Below, piece by piece: positions 1-10,183 of a DNA stretch of 64,000 nt. Each line of letters opens with the position of its first letter. Position 1 is the first letter of the stretch. The notes under the pieces were generated by a model, which had not been told where the DNA came from, made no database searches, and worked only from the letters and a program-made list of their open reading frames with translations. Source of the DNA: Candidatus Poribacteria bacterium (GTDB lineage: Bacteria; Poribacteria; WGA-4E; WGA-3G); the NCBI GenBank assembly GCA_965214095.1, contig OZ243938.1, forward strand, positions 4,512,001 through 4,576,000, in the 5' to 3' direction. Made by a program: the position numbers and the translations under genes.

Positions 1-1111
1 CATCACGATCAACATTTCCATTAGCAATCTCTGCCAAATCTATCCCACTTCGGTCTGCATCTGGTGTCAAGCCTGCTGCATTTAGACTCGTTGGGAACAC
101 ATCAACAAGACTGGTAGGTGTATCACACTGAACGTTGGCTTCAAATCGTTCAGGATACCGAACAAGGAGCGGTATACGTGCGGCGGCATCAAGCCAAGAA
201 CGTTTGCCATAACAATCATAGTCCCCAAGCAGTTCCCCGTGATCCGATGTGAAAAGTATCAATGTATTGTCAAGTTCTCCTTCAGATTCAAGATATTCCA
301 AGATTCGTCCAACTTGATAATCAATGAAAGATATAGCGGCATAATATGCAGCACGCATAGTTTTGATAAGGTTTAAATCTCTACCTTGGTCCCGGTATTT
401 ATACCGATTTTGATGTCGATTCCAATGTGTATGGAGTTGCTCAAAATCTGGTGGTAGGAACGGAAGCGGCATTTCTACAGAGCGGTAAAGTCGGTTCCAA
501 GGAACAGGAGATTCAAAAGGAGGATGTGGTTTTATAAAACTTGACCAGCACAGAAACGGTCTGTCAGCATCACGTCCAGAAAGGAACTGCAATGTTTTAT
601 CACCAACCCATTGTGTGTGGTGGAGTCGTTCAGGGAGTTGCGATTGCTGAGGTATATAATAATACTCACTTCTTTCACCGTGTGGAGCAATGATATGGTC
701 ATATCCGTTTTCATGTAAGGACTCTGTATAATCATCTGGTCCAGCACCCTCTTCTGAGAAATCTCTGGTCTCATATCCCCACAACTTACGACTTTGCGGA
801 GTAAAGTGCATTTTCCCTATACCGTGTGTCTGATACCCATCCTCATTAAGTATATCCATGACAGATGACCGGTCCTGTGGCATCGCAGAGTTGGTAGTAC
901 AGCCTGTTTCGTGAGGCCACTGTCCAAGTAGGAAACTACAACGAGACGCAACGCATACAGGTGAAGGACAGTACGCAGATGTATAACTCGTTCCTTCCTC
1001 AACAAGTCTGTCAAGTGCTGGAGTCTGAATAATAGGATTTCCAAGTGCACCTACCGTATCAAAACGCTGCTGATCTGTCATCAAATATAAGATATTAGGT
1101 TTCTTTGCCAT
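1..1111 (-). CDS. Sulfatase (formylglycine-dependent), 3' end runs off the window
   Basis: Not in the ORF track. Manual translation from ATG at 1111 gives MAKKPNILYLMTDQQRFDTVGALGNPIIQTPALDRL...SPVCVASRCSFLLG; later GKMHF, KPHPP and FTSDHGELLG are sulfatase motifs. Confidence 0.92.
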   Translation of the reverse strand, partial: MAKKPNILYLMTDQQRFDTVGALGNPIIQTPALDRLVEEGTSYTSAYCPSPVCVASRCSFLLGQWPHETGCTTNSAMPQDRSSVMDILNEDGYQTHGIGKMHFTPQSRKLWGYETRDFSEEGAGPDDYTESLHENGYDHIIAPHGERSEYYYIPQQSQLPERLHHTQWVGDKTLQFLSGRDADRPFLCWSSFIKPHPPFESPVPWNRLYRSVEMPLPFLPPDFEQLHTHWNRHQNRYKYRDQGRDLNLIKTMRAAYYAAISFIDYQVGRILEYLESEGELDNTLILFTSDHGELLGDYDCYGKRSWLDAAARIPLLVRYPERFEANVQCDTPTSLVDVFPTSLNAAGLTPDADRSGIDLAEIANGNVDRD

Positions 1112-1291
1112 TGAGTGATCCGTCCCTTTCTGTGTATATATTCAGAAACTTGATTGCCTATTTGAACAATATCATAACATCTTTTTGGTCATCATACAAT
1201 CAGAATATTGATTTTGCTGAGTTATTCAGTTTTAGGTTTTTATTCGCTATTATTCACAAACGTTAATTTTGTTATGAGTTTGTATTTCTTT

Positions 1292-1454
1292 TTGTCTGAA
1301 CCAGGATTTTCAGGATTAGTAGATTTTCAGGATTATGAGGTTGGCACGCTGAAGTGCAAATCAAAAAGATGACTCTTTCCTCTTGAATGTCACTTAGAAA
1401 CACCAAGTATCTATCTTGCACATCCTTGAATCCTGTCCATCCTGGTTCAGACAA
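1292..1454. repeat. Palindromic intergenic element with 16-bp perfect terminal inverted repeats
   Basis: TTGTCTGAACCAGGAT (1292-1307) and ATCCTGGTTCAGACAA (1439-1454), with internal CAGGATT/AATCCTG sub-repeats. Confidence 0.85.
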
Positions 1455-1667
1455 TAAACAATGATACCACTATAATATCTCTGTATTCCGTTACGATATC
1501 TAAACTATTAGTCAAATCAAGTAGAATTCTTAAGACTAAATACCCTGTCCTGTTTATATATTATATTGAAATTTATCCAATAACATGGTATTATCTATAT
1601 CATTGAAAATTGTAATACATCTCCTATCAACATAGATTATTTCACCTAAACAATTGAACTAAAATCA

Positions 1668-1859
1668 ATGCAGAAATGGTATGAAAACAGAACTCTATTA
1701 AATATCCTTATCTTCCTAATGGTTGTCTTTTTCATTTTGTCCTTTTTCTATCAATGGCACTGGGGAATACCTCTATTTCTTGTTTTTGGCACTGCAATCA
1801 TGATCAGAGGTGTAACGAAAATAACAATGCGGATGCATGGCAGAAATAGCAAAAAATGA
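1668..1859 (+). CDS. Small membrane protein (2 predicted TM segments)
   Basis: 63 aa with two hydrophobic stretches and a basic C-terminus; 21 bp upstream of the oxidoreductase on the same strand. Confidence 0.6.
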   Translation: MQKWYENRTLLNILIFLMVVFFILSFFYQWHWGIPLFLVFGTAIMIRGVTKITMRMHGRNSKK

Positions 1860-1880
1860 TTCTCATTTTAAGGAGTTAGA

Positions 1881-2888
1881 ATGAAAAGACGAACCTTCAT
1901 CAAATTGAGTGCAATTAGTGCTGCGGGATTAGTTTTACCGCTACAGTTAGAAGCACAAACAGATGATGCACCTTTGCTTAAACCACGAACTCTCATTACA
2001 CCAAATGAAGAATTCTATATCCTGCAATTAGGTGATCCAGTAGAGTTAGATGCTGCAAGTTGGAGATTAGCAATAAGCGGTTTAGTAGAGAAACAAATTA
2101 AGCCGCTTGCTCTTGATGAAATCAAATCTATGGAAACAGTTGAGGTAATGCGAACTTTGAAATGCATCGGTGATCCTATTGGGGAAGAACAGATGGGGAA
2201 TGCCACATGGAAAGGAGTTAGACTTCGTGACCTAATCCAGAAAGCTGGTGTAAAAGAAAATACAAAAGTAGTCGTGTTTCAATGTGCTGATTCCTATCAT
2301 ACTGCGATCCCTTTAGAAGACGCAATGCACGAGGACACTATTCTCGCATACCAAATGAATGGTGAAACACTACCGAAAGAACACGGTTATCCTGTCCGTC
2401 TACTCAATCCTGGTCATTATGGAACAAAAAATCCAAAATGGATAGTGAACATACAGCTGGCAGAAAAACACGAAAGTTACTGGGAAAAACGTGGATGGGA
2501 TCCTGTTGCTAATGTAAAATTAGCAACTGTTATTGGCACACCAAGTCAAGAAGAAGAGATATTAGTAGGAACTGATTTTGTTGTGAGTGGTGCAGCATTT
2601 GATGCCGGACACCATGGTGGAATTAAGAAAGTTGAAGTCAGTATTGATTACGGAGAAACATGGCAGGAAACAGAGATTTGGGCCAAAGACACTCCGCTTG
2701 CATGGGTGCTATGGAAATGGAAATGGCAAGTCCCAAAAGAAAAAGGTCCCATTGAGATTTACGCCAGAGCCACCACTAACAGTGGAGTCACTCAAGAGGA
2801 AATGGGTATCAAAGCTAAACCAGTCGACGCAGTAGGTTACCACACAGTTGATGTCAAAATTGTAGAGGAATTGGAACAAACTAACTGA
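1881..2888 (+). CDS. Tat-exported sulfite-oxidase-family molybdopterin oxidoreductase
   Basis: Twin-arginine signal MKRRTFIK; Mo-ligand Cys in TLKCIG; MNGETLPKEHGYPVRL and KNPKW motifs; C-terminal Ig-like domain (VEVSIDYGETW); RBS AAGGAG. Confidence 0.9.
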   Translation: MKRRTFIKLSAISAAGLVLPLQLEAQTDDAPLLKPRTLITPNEEFYILQLGDPVELDAASWRLAISGLVEKQIKPLALDEIKSMETVEVMRTLKCIGDPIGEEQMGNATWKGVRLRDLIQKAGVKENTKVVVFQCADSYHTAIPLEDAMHEDTILAYQMNGETLPKEHGYPVRLLNPGHYGTKNPKWIVNIQLAEKHESYWEKRGWDPVANVKLATVIGTPSQEEEILVGTDFVVSGAAFDAGHHGGIKKVEVSIDYGETWQETEIWAKDTPLAWVLWKWKWQVPKEKGPIEIYARATTNSGVTQEEMGIKAKPVDAVGYHTVDVKIVEELEQTN

Positions 2889-2971
2889 TCCATTTCGTAT
2901 GCCAGAATCCCATAGCATACAAAAGTTAGAATTAGTGATAGAAGAAACACACAACCACAATACTGCACTAA

Positions 2972-4156
2972 ATGCGTCTTAAACCAACACAACTTATCAT
3001 AGTCTATCTTCCCGCACTATTTATTGATTTTGCCTTTAGCAGTGTCTTAACTAATTCCTCATTTTATTCGAGTACGCTCAATTTTTCATCTACATTCTTA
3101 GGTGTATTGGTTGCTATTGCAACAGCCTTCTATACGTTTCTTGCAATCCCATGTGGTAAATTATCTGATAGAATTGAACGGCACAGAATGCTATATATTG
3201 GTTGTCTCCTAATTGCAAGTGTAAGCATTTTACTCCGTTTTTGCAGTAGTAAATTACATCTGTTGTTGATATTCCCGTGTATTGGAATCAGCATGGCACT
3301 CTTCTGGCCTGCCTATGAAGCATGGCTTGCAGAACGAGAAGGTGAAGGAAAGTTAATTCACAGGGTCATGCTTTTCAATCTATTCTGGAGTACGGGAATA
3401 ACGTTGGGTCCAACTGTCTCAGGATATTTATATAAAGATGAACAACCATTTACCCCATTATATCTTGCTGCCGGTGCTGGATTGATAACATTGATTACCA
3501 TCTTTTTCAGCAATTCACAACCTGAAAAAGCCATCTTAGGAGAGCAATCGGATCAAACTCAAACACTGTTTCCTCCCCCATCAGAACGCAAGAAATACCT
3601 AAATATTGCAAGGTGTGCAAATTTTACATCTTGGTTTGCACTCGGTGTTTTACGATGGCTTAATCCAAAACTGACGAAGGATATGGGGATATTTCCAACT
3701 ATATTCGGAAACATGATGCTTGCACTCGGAGGGATGCAAACTATTTCATTTCTTTTTCTTGGAACAAGTTATTCCACACGGTGGCACTATCGCATAGGAC
3801 CATTAGTGTTAATGCAAGGATTAGCGATTTTATGTTTCATCGGAATATGGTGGATAGAAAACATAGTATTCTGGGTATTTGCGTTTGCCATCATTGGAGT
3901 ATCTGTGGCATTTACATATTTCGGCAGTCTCTATTACGGATTGCACATGCATTCAGATAAAGGAAATAAAAGCGGTTGGCATGAAGCAGCTCTGGGATTT
4001 GGTAGTTTATTAGGACCGCTATTTGGTGGGTTTGCTGCTGATTCCACCTTTGGTATCAAGAGTCCATATCTGTTGTGTGCAGGGGTGATCTTTATTGGAA
4101 TAGTTGTTGAATTGTTCATAGTATCAAAGAAGCGGTTGGCAGTGGATGTTCTTTGA
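2972..4156 (+). CDS. MFS transporter
   Basis: About 12 hydrophobic segments; motif A-like GKLSDRIERHR; LGPLFGG in the C-terminal half. Confidence 0.88.
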   Translation: MRLKPTQLIIVYLPALFIDFAFSSVLTNSSFYSSTLNFSSTFLGVLVAIATAFYTFLAIPCGKLSDRIERHRMLYIGCLLIASVSILLRFCSSKLHLLLIFPCIGISMALFWPAYEAWLAEREGEGKLIHRVMLFNLFWSTGITLGPTVSGYLYKDEQPFTPLYLAAGAGLITLITIFFSNSQPEKAILGEQSDQTQTLFPPPSERKKYLNIARCANFTSWFALGVLRWLNPKLTKDMGIFPTIFGNMMLALGGMQTISFLFLGTSYSTRWHYRIGPLVLMQGLAILCFIGIWWIENIVFWVFAFAIIGVSVAFTYFGSLYYGLHMHSDKGNKSGWHEAALGFGSLLGPLFGGFAADSTFGIKSPYLLCAGVIFIGIVVELFIVSKKRLAVDVL

Positions 4157-5252
4157 TATAATCTTCGTTCACTGTGATCCCAAGACCCGGTCCATCTGGA
4201 ACAGTTACGATGTGATCGTTAATTTCTACACCACTTATCACCATATCATCTAGAAACACAGGCGCATTCAGTTCGGCTGGAAGTGCTAAATCCAACGTTG
4301 AAAATAAGTGTACACTCGCCATAAAACCTACACCTGCTTCTGTTAAACCGCTACCAAGTAATTCCATGCCATTTGCAGCTGCTACATAGACACTCTTGAG
4401 ACATTCAGAAATACCACCAGATTTACAAATCTTCAAAACAACTGCATCTGCACAATCAATACGTGCTATTTTACTAAGATCAAAATATGTAAAACAACCT
4501 TCATCAATTGCAATGGGAACCGACGTTCCATCCTTGACTCTCTTCATTCCATACCAATCTTGACTTGCTACCGGTTGCTCCATACAATAGATCTCGTGGA
4601 TATCTTCAACACGTCTGAGTAATTGTAACGCATTTGCAGGAGTATAAGATTGATTCGCATCAATCCACAGTTTTACTTTAGGTGATACCTCGTGAATTGC
4701 TCTCAATCTCTCCTCATCTAATTCGGGGTTTCCTTCAACTTTGACCTTGAAACATGTGCACGGAGATAATGCCTTTGCTTTCAATGCCATTATCTCTGGA
4801 GTATCAATACTCAATGCATAACTCAGGGGTAATGTAGAATGTCGCATTCCACCGAGAAGTGTATGAATCGGTATATCTAAGATGTGGCAACACAAATCAT
4901 GTAGTGCAATGTCTACTGCAGCTTTAGCAAATGGGTGACCATTACTTACAGCCGGTTTCAATGTTTGATAGATTGAGTCATCAATTTCGTTACGACTGAG
5001 TGGGTTTTTACCAAGAAGTAAAGGTGTAATATATTGACGAATAGTTGTTGTGATTGATTCAGTCGTCTCATAGCTCCAAGATGGTAGCGCACGTTGTTCT
5101 CCCCAACCGACATATCCATCATCCGTAGTGATTTTGACAAATATGTGGTTACCAGCGGATGACGGATCACCAACGAAACCGGTGCCGATTGTAAAAACAT
5201 CCTTCATCGCAATGGCAGTGGGAAATACTTCTACTTGTGTAATTTTACTCAT
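4116..5252 (-). CDS. Enolase superfamily enzyme, muconate-lactonizing/dipeptide-epimerase subgroup
   Basis: KxK motif (FKVKV); metal ligands in IDANQ, MEQP and IDEG; VLKICK; PDGPGLG. Confidence 0.9.
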   Translation of the reverse strand: MSKITQVEVFPTAIAMKDVFTIGTGFVGDPSSAGNHIFVKITTDDGYVGWGEQRALPSWSYETTESITTTIRQYITPLLLGKNPLSRNEIDDSIYQTLKPAVSNGHPFAKAAVDIALHDLCCHILDIPIHTLLGGMRHSTLPLSYALSIDTPEIMALKAKALSPCTCFKVKVEGNPELDEERLRAIHEVSPKVKLWIDANQSYTPANALQLLRRVEDIHEIYCMEQPVASQDWYGMKRVKDGTSVPIAIDEGCFTYFDLSKIARIDCADAVVLKICKSGGISECLKSVYVAAANGMELLGSGLTEAGVGFMASVHLFSTLDLALPAELNAPVFLDDMVISGVEINDHIVTVPDGPGLGITVNEDYIKEHPLPTASLIL

Positions 5253-5354
5253 GATTATTGTAAATCTCTAATGTAGGAATTATTGAACAGCAGATTATGC
5301 TTTGTCTCGTATCTAAACTAATACATTCTACCACTTCTATGATTATAAATCAAA

Positions 5355-5492
5355 TATAGTGAATATTGAAAATAATAATGCAAAGTCCCTGTAGAAGCGA
5401 TCTCCGAATAGCGAGTTAACTCAGTGATAATCGGGAATTGGAGTTCCTTCCTACATATCCAAAATGTCCAATTAATTCAAAACTCTACCATA
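5355..5492. repeat. Composite intergenic element: TATAGT.../...CTACCATA ends around a GTAG-type REP-like doublet
   Basis: TGTAGAAGCGATCTCCGAATAGCGA...TCGGGAATTGGAGTTCCTTCCTACA (5390-5455); right end TGTCCAATTAATTCAAAACTCTACCATA resembles the ends at 23070-23098 and 52044-52071. Confidence 0.7.
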
Positions 5493-5652
5493 AATAACGC
5501 TGAACGTCCCCAATTATTTCTTGACAAAACTATAATATATGTGTCACAATAATAAGAGTAACATAAATAAATTTATAGCATCTCATAATAAAACAGTAAA
5601 CGGTTTTAATATAAATTCTGATGTCCTAACGTGAACAGACTAAGGTATTGAT

Positions 5653-6306
5653 ATGAATTCAGAACAAAACAATATTGAAGAAAAAACACTACCACTTTTT
5701 CCTTTGAATCTTGTACTATTTCCAGGTGCCGTTCTACCATTATACATTTTTGAGCCAAGATATCGAGAAATGGTCAAGTTCTGTATCAGAAATGAATCCT
5801 CTATCGGCATTGTAATGATTAAAGATGGCGATGAGGTCGGTGAGAATGCTACACCATGCAAAATCGGTACTGCTGTTGATTTAGTTGAAGTAGATCGATT
5901 TCCTGATGGACGGATGAATATTATGACATCAGGACATTCAAGGTTTGAGATACTGGAAGTTGATGATGAACTACCTTATCTCGTTGGACGCGTCAAAATG
6001 CTTGACTCTTTAGATTCTGAACCAGATACAAGCCTTGATGCAATTGCAGGTGATACGCGTGAAATATATATTGAATATGAAACATTATCAAGTTTTTTAA
6101 TGTTTGGTTGGTTGCCACCAGAGGAGATACCGCAACATCCTCAACTATTAGCATATCAAATAGGAACGCGATTACGAATCTCGCTTGAAGAGAAACAAGA
6201 CCTATTAGAAATACAATCATTCGATGAACTCCTTAAACGTGAAATTGATATACTAAAAAAACTGAATAAACAAATTGCTTTCCAATTATCAGCTCGGAAC
6301 AATTGA
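5653..6306 (+). CDS. Lon peptidase N-terminal (substrate-binding) domain protein
   Basis: LPLFPLNLVLFPGAVLPLYIFEPRYREMV signature; no AAA+ or protease domain. Confidence 0.92.
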   Translation: MNSEQNNIEEKTLPLFPLNLVLFPGAVLPLYIFEPRYREMVKFCIRNESSIGIVMIKDGDEVGENATPCKIGTAVDLVEVDRFPDGRMNIMTSGHSRFEILEVDDELPYLVGRVKMLDSLDSEPDTSLDAIAGDTREIYIEYETLSSFLMFGWLPPEEIPQHPQLLAYQIGTRLRISLEEKQDLLEIQSFDELLKREIDILKKLNKQIAFQLSARNN

Positions 6307-7013
6307 AAATAAATAATTTGATAGAGTTTATACAGTGTCAACTTCTTTGGGTTGACATCAGTAGGTCAAAAAGAGCAATGGTACTCAAGCCTCCTATTCC
6401 TCAATTCACGGATACTCGGACTATCCATATCTCTGGGAGAGAATTCTTATATATCAGCAATCTTCTCTCAATGTTCAGGTTGTTGATAGTTCCACTTCTC
6501 TTTTGGTACATTTACAATGAACAATACAAACATGCTGTAGTAGTTGGGACAATCGCGATAATCTCAGACATACTGGATGGTTTTTTTGCACGTCTACTGG
6601 ATCAACATTCTGAACTTGGCATTATTCTCGATCCTATTGCCGACAAATTTGCTATTGGAGCCGGAATAGTCGCGATAGCAATTTCAACTGCTGAAACAAC
6701 CGGTATTCCTTTATGGGCATTGTTCGCTGTAATTTTTCGTGATGTTGCAATTGTTTTAGGCAATGTCTATCTTGCCTATCGCGCAAAAATGATTACTCGG
6801 TCAAATTGGTGGGGTAAGTGCACGAGTTTTTCTTTAGCAATCGCACTAATCCTATACCTAATTCGTTCGATGGATTTCCCACTTCCTGACGATATTGAAT
6901 TATATTGTCTTTATATTGCATTGTGTTTTGTTGGTATTTCATTTGTAAGTTATTCACGACATATGCTGCGAGTCTTAAAAACTGAATCAATACAAGAAAA
7001 CCCAATACAGTGA
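6303..7013 (+). CDS. CDP-alcohol phosphatidyltransferase (PgsA-like); true start may be ATG 6378
   Basis: SNLLSMFR and SDILDGFFAR...SELGIILDPIADK, the CDP-alcohol phosphotransferase motif. Confidence 0.92.
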   Translation: MKINNLIEFIQCQLLWVDISRSKRAMVLKPPIPQFTDTRTIHISGREFLYISNLLSMFRLLIVPLLFWYIYNEQYKHAVVVGTIAIISDILDGFFARLLDQHSELGIILDPIADKFAIGAGIVAIAISTAETTGIPLWALFAVIFRDVAIVLGNVYLAYRAKMITRSNWWGKCTSFSLAIALILYLIRSMDFPLPDDIELYCLYIALCFVGISFVSYSRHMLRVLKTESIQENPIQ

Positions 7014-7088
7014 TCTCAAATAACACACAGAATATTCACTTTATCTTATGTAGTTACTACTGGATAATTCCGTTTTTAGGTAGATTCT

Positions 7089-7520
7089 ATGGACCTCTAT
7101 TTGAACCCCACTGATGTATCAGAAATTATCGGTGTTGATGAATCAACAATCAAGAAAACTTTAGAAAGAAAACATCCAGAGATTGAACCTTTCCTTCGGG
7201 TCGTTGCTTCACCATCAGAAGAAATTGATGAAACATCTAAAGCCATCCTACAATTACGGATTGATGGATTAGCACCGTTAATCACTCATCTCAGTTTTAA
7301 CATACCAACAAATGAAATTATTGAGAACTTAATTTCTCAAGTTGTCCACATTACATATCTTCGTGAAGATAATGACAAATTACAAATTGATATTAATGAG
7401 TTAAAAGAAAAAGTTAAGACGCTTCAAGAAGAAAAAGCTGATTTACGTGTGCAGGTTAATAAGTTAGAAGAAGAAAAATCTAAGTCATGGCTAGACCGTT
7501 TTTTTAAATCTGGCAAATAA
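7089..7520 (+). CDS. Hypothetical protein: N-terminal HTH-like segment, coiled coil, C-terminal amphipathic helix
   Basis: DVSEIIGVDESTIKK; heptad region LQIDINELKEKVKTLQEEKADLRVQVNKLEEE; terminal KSWLDRFFK. Confidence 0.75.
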   Translation: MDLYLNPTDVSEIIGVDESTIKKTLERKHPEIEPFLRVVASPSEEIDETSKAILQLRIDGLAPLITHLSFNIPTNEIIENLISQVVHITYLREDNDKLQIDINELKEKVKTLQEEKADLRVQVNKLEEEKSKSWLDRFFKSGK

Positions 7521-7571
7521 GATGTTGAGCAATCAATTGAATATTCTATTATCTTTAGAAAATAATCTAAT

Positions 7572-8198
7572 ATGATTAAACTTGATAGAAATCAAATCCT
7601 GGCAATATTTTTCACTATACTGGGTCTATTATTTCTATATATCAAATTGGATAACATTACTTGGTTACCTGAACGTTTAGCACATAGTAGCGTTCTTCTA
7701 AAAGGTATATCATTTGTCCTTTTGAGTCTTGCCGCAATATTGGCAAGTATTTCATTCAAAAACAAGTTATTAATCTCTCTTATATCAGGAGTCGGTTTAA
7801 TAATTGGTTTAATATTCCTATTTTTACCAGTACCACTTATTCTTAAAGGTTCAGCATTTCATCTATTATTCACATGTTCTATAGCTTATGGAATGACGAC
7901 TGCAACAAAGCGTATTGCAACAATAGTTTCTTCAGTCTGCATATCTCTTGGTTTCATTTTTCTATATCAAACGTTTTTACCCAACCTTGGAAATGCTGCT
8001 CTATCATTACTGCTACCAGGTATAGTTGTTTTTTCCATTGTCAATTCGCAAAAGGTTCTCTGTGAAAGAATTTCAATTGGACTGATTGTCCTCGGTTTAA
8101 TCTCACTTTGTCAACCTTTTCTTATCCTTTTTTATCAAACAGGTTTTCAATTATTACTAACAGGTCTAACAGGTTTTATCGTTGTGGCACATCGTTAA
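7572..8198 (+). CDS. Hypothetical integral membrane protein
   Basis: 208 aa, almost entirely hydrophobic, about 7-8 TM segments. Confidence 0.75.
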   Translation: MIKLDRNQILAIFFTILGLLFLYIKLDNITWLPERLAHSSVLLKGISFVLLSLAAILASISFKNKLLISLISGVGLIIGLIFLFLPVPLILKGSAFHLLFTCSIAYGMTTATKRIATIVSSVCISLGFIFLYQTFLPNLGNAALSLLLPGIVVFSIVNSQKVLCERISIGLIVLGLISLCQPFLILFYQTGFQLLLTGLTGFIVVAHR

Positions 8199-8288
8199 AT
8201 CATCATAAAATTGGACATAAATTATTCCTTCCGTTCAATGTACCTGACTCATACTCATTCAAAAAACCACAATAACATTACATAGATT

Positions 8289-9419
8289 TTGCCAATGATG
8301 TCAACAAATCCAAAAAATATTGTTATAATCGGGGCAGGTGTGATAGGTGCTTCAATTGCCTATAATCTCTCGCTTAGATCAAAATATCACATCACAATTC
8401 TTGAACGTGATACACCGGGATCAGGTGCAACTGGACATTCATTTGCATGGGTAAATGCTTTTGGCAAGGATCCTCGTGATTACCACACGCTCAATCGTCG
8501 TTCTTTAGATATGTGGTATCGGTTAGAACGACAATTTGATGAAGATATCGGTATCCATTACGGTGGAGAAATGCGGTGGGAGTGTACTAATGAACGGGCA
8601 CAACAATTAGCAGAACGCATCCGCCAACTACAAACTTGGGGTTATCCATGTAGATTAATCTCACGAGATGAAATGATAGAATTAGAACCTGATTTATGTC
8701 CAGGAGATATTGTAACCGCCTCCTACTCAGACGCAGATATACACATAGAAACCGATAAATTCATAGGAGTATGTCTTGAAAAAGCGTGTGAAAATGGATC
8801 AGAAGTCATTACAGATACAAATGTTACTGATTTCACAATAGACAATGATAAAATCAAAACTGTCATTACAACAAATACTGCTTATCCTTGTGATATAGTT
8901 ATCCTTGCAAGTGGAATAGAGACAACACAACTGGCTTCAAGAGTTGGAGTGTCCATTCCTCAACAATGCAGCCCTGGAATAGTAATCAAGACAACGCCAT
9001 GTCAAAAGGTGTTACACAATGTTTCAGTAATCCATGCACCACCGGTCCGAGAGAACTTTCAAAATCTACATCTACGACAATTGTCTGATGGTACTCTTAG
9101 GATTGGACAAGGAACACAAGAAGGCATTAATCGTGACGACTCACAACGCCAGGCAGACACACTCCTTGAGTATGCTAAGGTTCACTTACCACGAATAGGC
9201 AATGCACAAGCCATTCCCACTCCTATTGGTTATCGTCCGATGCCACTTGATGGGTATCCTATAATCGGTTTTACCAAAGCACTACAGAATATGTATATTG
9301 CATTAATGCATAGTGGAGTGACGTTAGCACCATTAGTGGGTGAAATGGTAACATTGGAAATAGCAGATAGTGTTGATGTAGATTGGTTCAAACCATATCG
9401 TTTGGAAAGGTTTGTATAA
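8289..9419 (+). CDS. FAD-dependent oxidoreductase, D-amino acid oxidase (DAO) family
   Basis: IIGAGVIG Rossmann motif, GATGHSFAW, GYRPMPLDGYPIIG, HSGVTLAP. Likely start is ATG 8295/8298. Confidence 0.92.
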   Translation: MPMMSTNPKNIVIIGAGVIGASIAYNLSLRSKYHITILERDTPGSGATGHSFAWVNAFGKDPRDYHTLNRRSLDMWYRLERQFDEDIGIHYGGEMRWECTNERAQQLAERIRQLQTWGYPCRLISRDEMIELEPDLCPGDIVTASYSDADIHIETDKFIGVCLEKACENGSEVITDTNVTDFTIDNDKIKTVITTNTAYPCDIVILASGIETTQLASRVGVSIPQQCSPGIVIKTTPCQKVLHNVSVIHAPPVRENFQNLHLRQLSDGTLRIGQGTQEGINRDDSQRQADTLLEYAKVHLPRIGNAQAIPTPIGYRPMPLDGYPIIGFTKALQNMYIALMHSGVTLAPLVGEMVTLEIADSVDVDWFKPYRLERFV

Positions 9420-9517
9420 TAAATACATAAGATATTAAATTTTCAAAGGTATGGTCTTCTGAGACTACATACTATCTCAAATTGAATACCTATACACTCT
9501 CAAAACTAATGGATATT

Positions 9518-10183
9518 TTATAATCCTTGTAAATAAGACAGGACAGCTTCCTCCATAATTGTTCGTTTGTCGTTATCAAAGAAATTCAGAATTGCATTGA
9601 CATTGTACATTTTCTTTTGCTCATAGGCGGTACGCACATAAGCAGAAAACCCAAATTCTTGATTAGACATATTTTGCTTATTAAATGAGTCGGCACGTCC
9701 CTTTTCTTCGGCAAAAAATTGTTGAAATAAAGATCTTTCCTCTTTACTAACTACATTACACCCACGAAAAAATGTAATATCCTGTTTCCCATAGGATCCA
9801 AAAATAAATAACCCATTGAGTCTTGGTATTCCAGAATTCCACACAGGTTTGGTATGATTTTTTTCAGTAAACTTAGATTCTATAGATACCAGAATACGTT
9901 TATCAAATATAATGAAGTCAGGATAGTTTTGTGAACCAAAAGGTTGGTACAAATAATGTTGTTTAAAATTTGTTTCATTGGAAATTATTTCATCGTTTTG
10001 TAATATTCGTTTTTTTATATCTGAAATATATTCCTTACTTAAATCTGATTTTAATATACGATTATATCCTATATTATTCAATTGTACCATCATTCTTTCT
10101 TCAAAGTCTTTTCCAATTGGTGCATTGAGATAGTTCTTGGCATTATGTTTTATACTGTAGAATAATTCGTAAATTTTACTCAT
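9518..10183 (-). CDS. Putative type II restriction endonuclease (PD-(D/E)XK)
   Basis: YPDFIIF...SIESK catalytic-like pattern; overlaps the upstream MTase stop by 8 bp; visibly more AT-rich than neighbouring genes. Confidence 0.65.
   Translation of the reverse strand: MSKIYELFYSIKHNAKNYLNAPIGKDFEERMMVQLNNIGYNRILKSDLSKEYISDIKKRILQNDEIISNETNFKQHYLYQPFGSQNYPDFIIFDKRILVSIESKFTEKNHTKPVWNSGIPRLNGLFIFGSYGKQDITFFRGCNVVSKEERSLFQQFFAEEKGRADSFNKQNMSNQEFGFSAYVRTAYEQKKMYNVNAILNFFDNDKRTIMEEAVLSYLQGL

Noticed and set aside
1272-1454. 60-aa ORF here and the 65-aa ORF at 43732-43929
   Set aside because: Both are translations of palindromic repeat elements.
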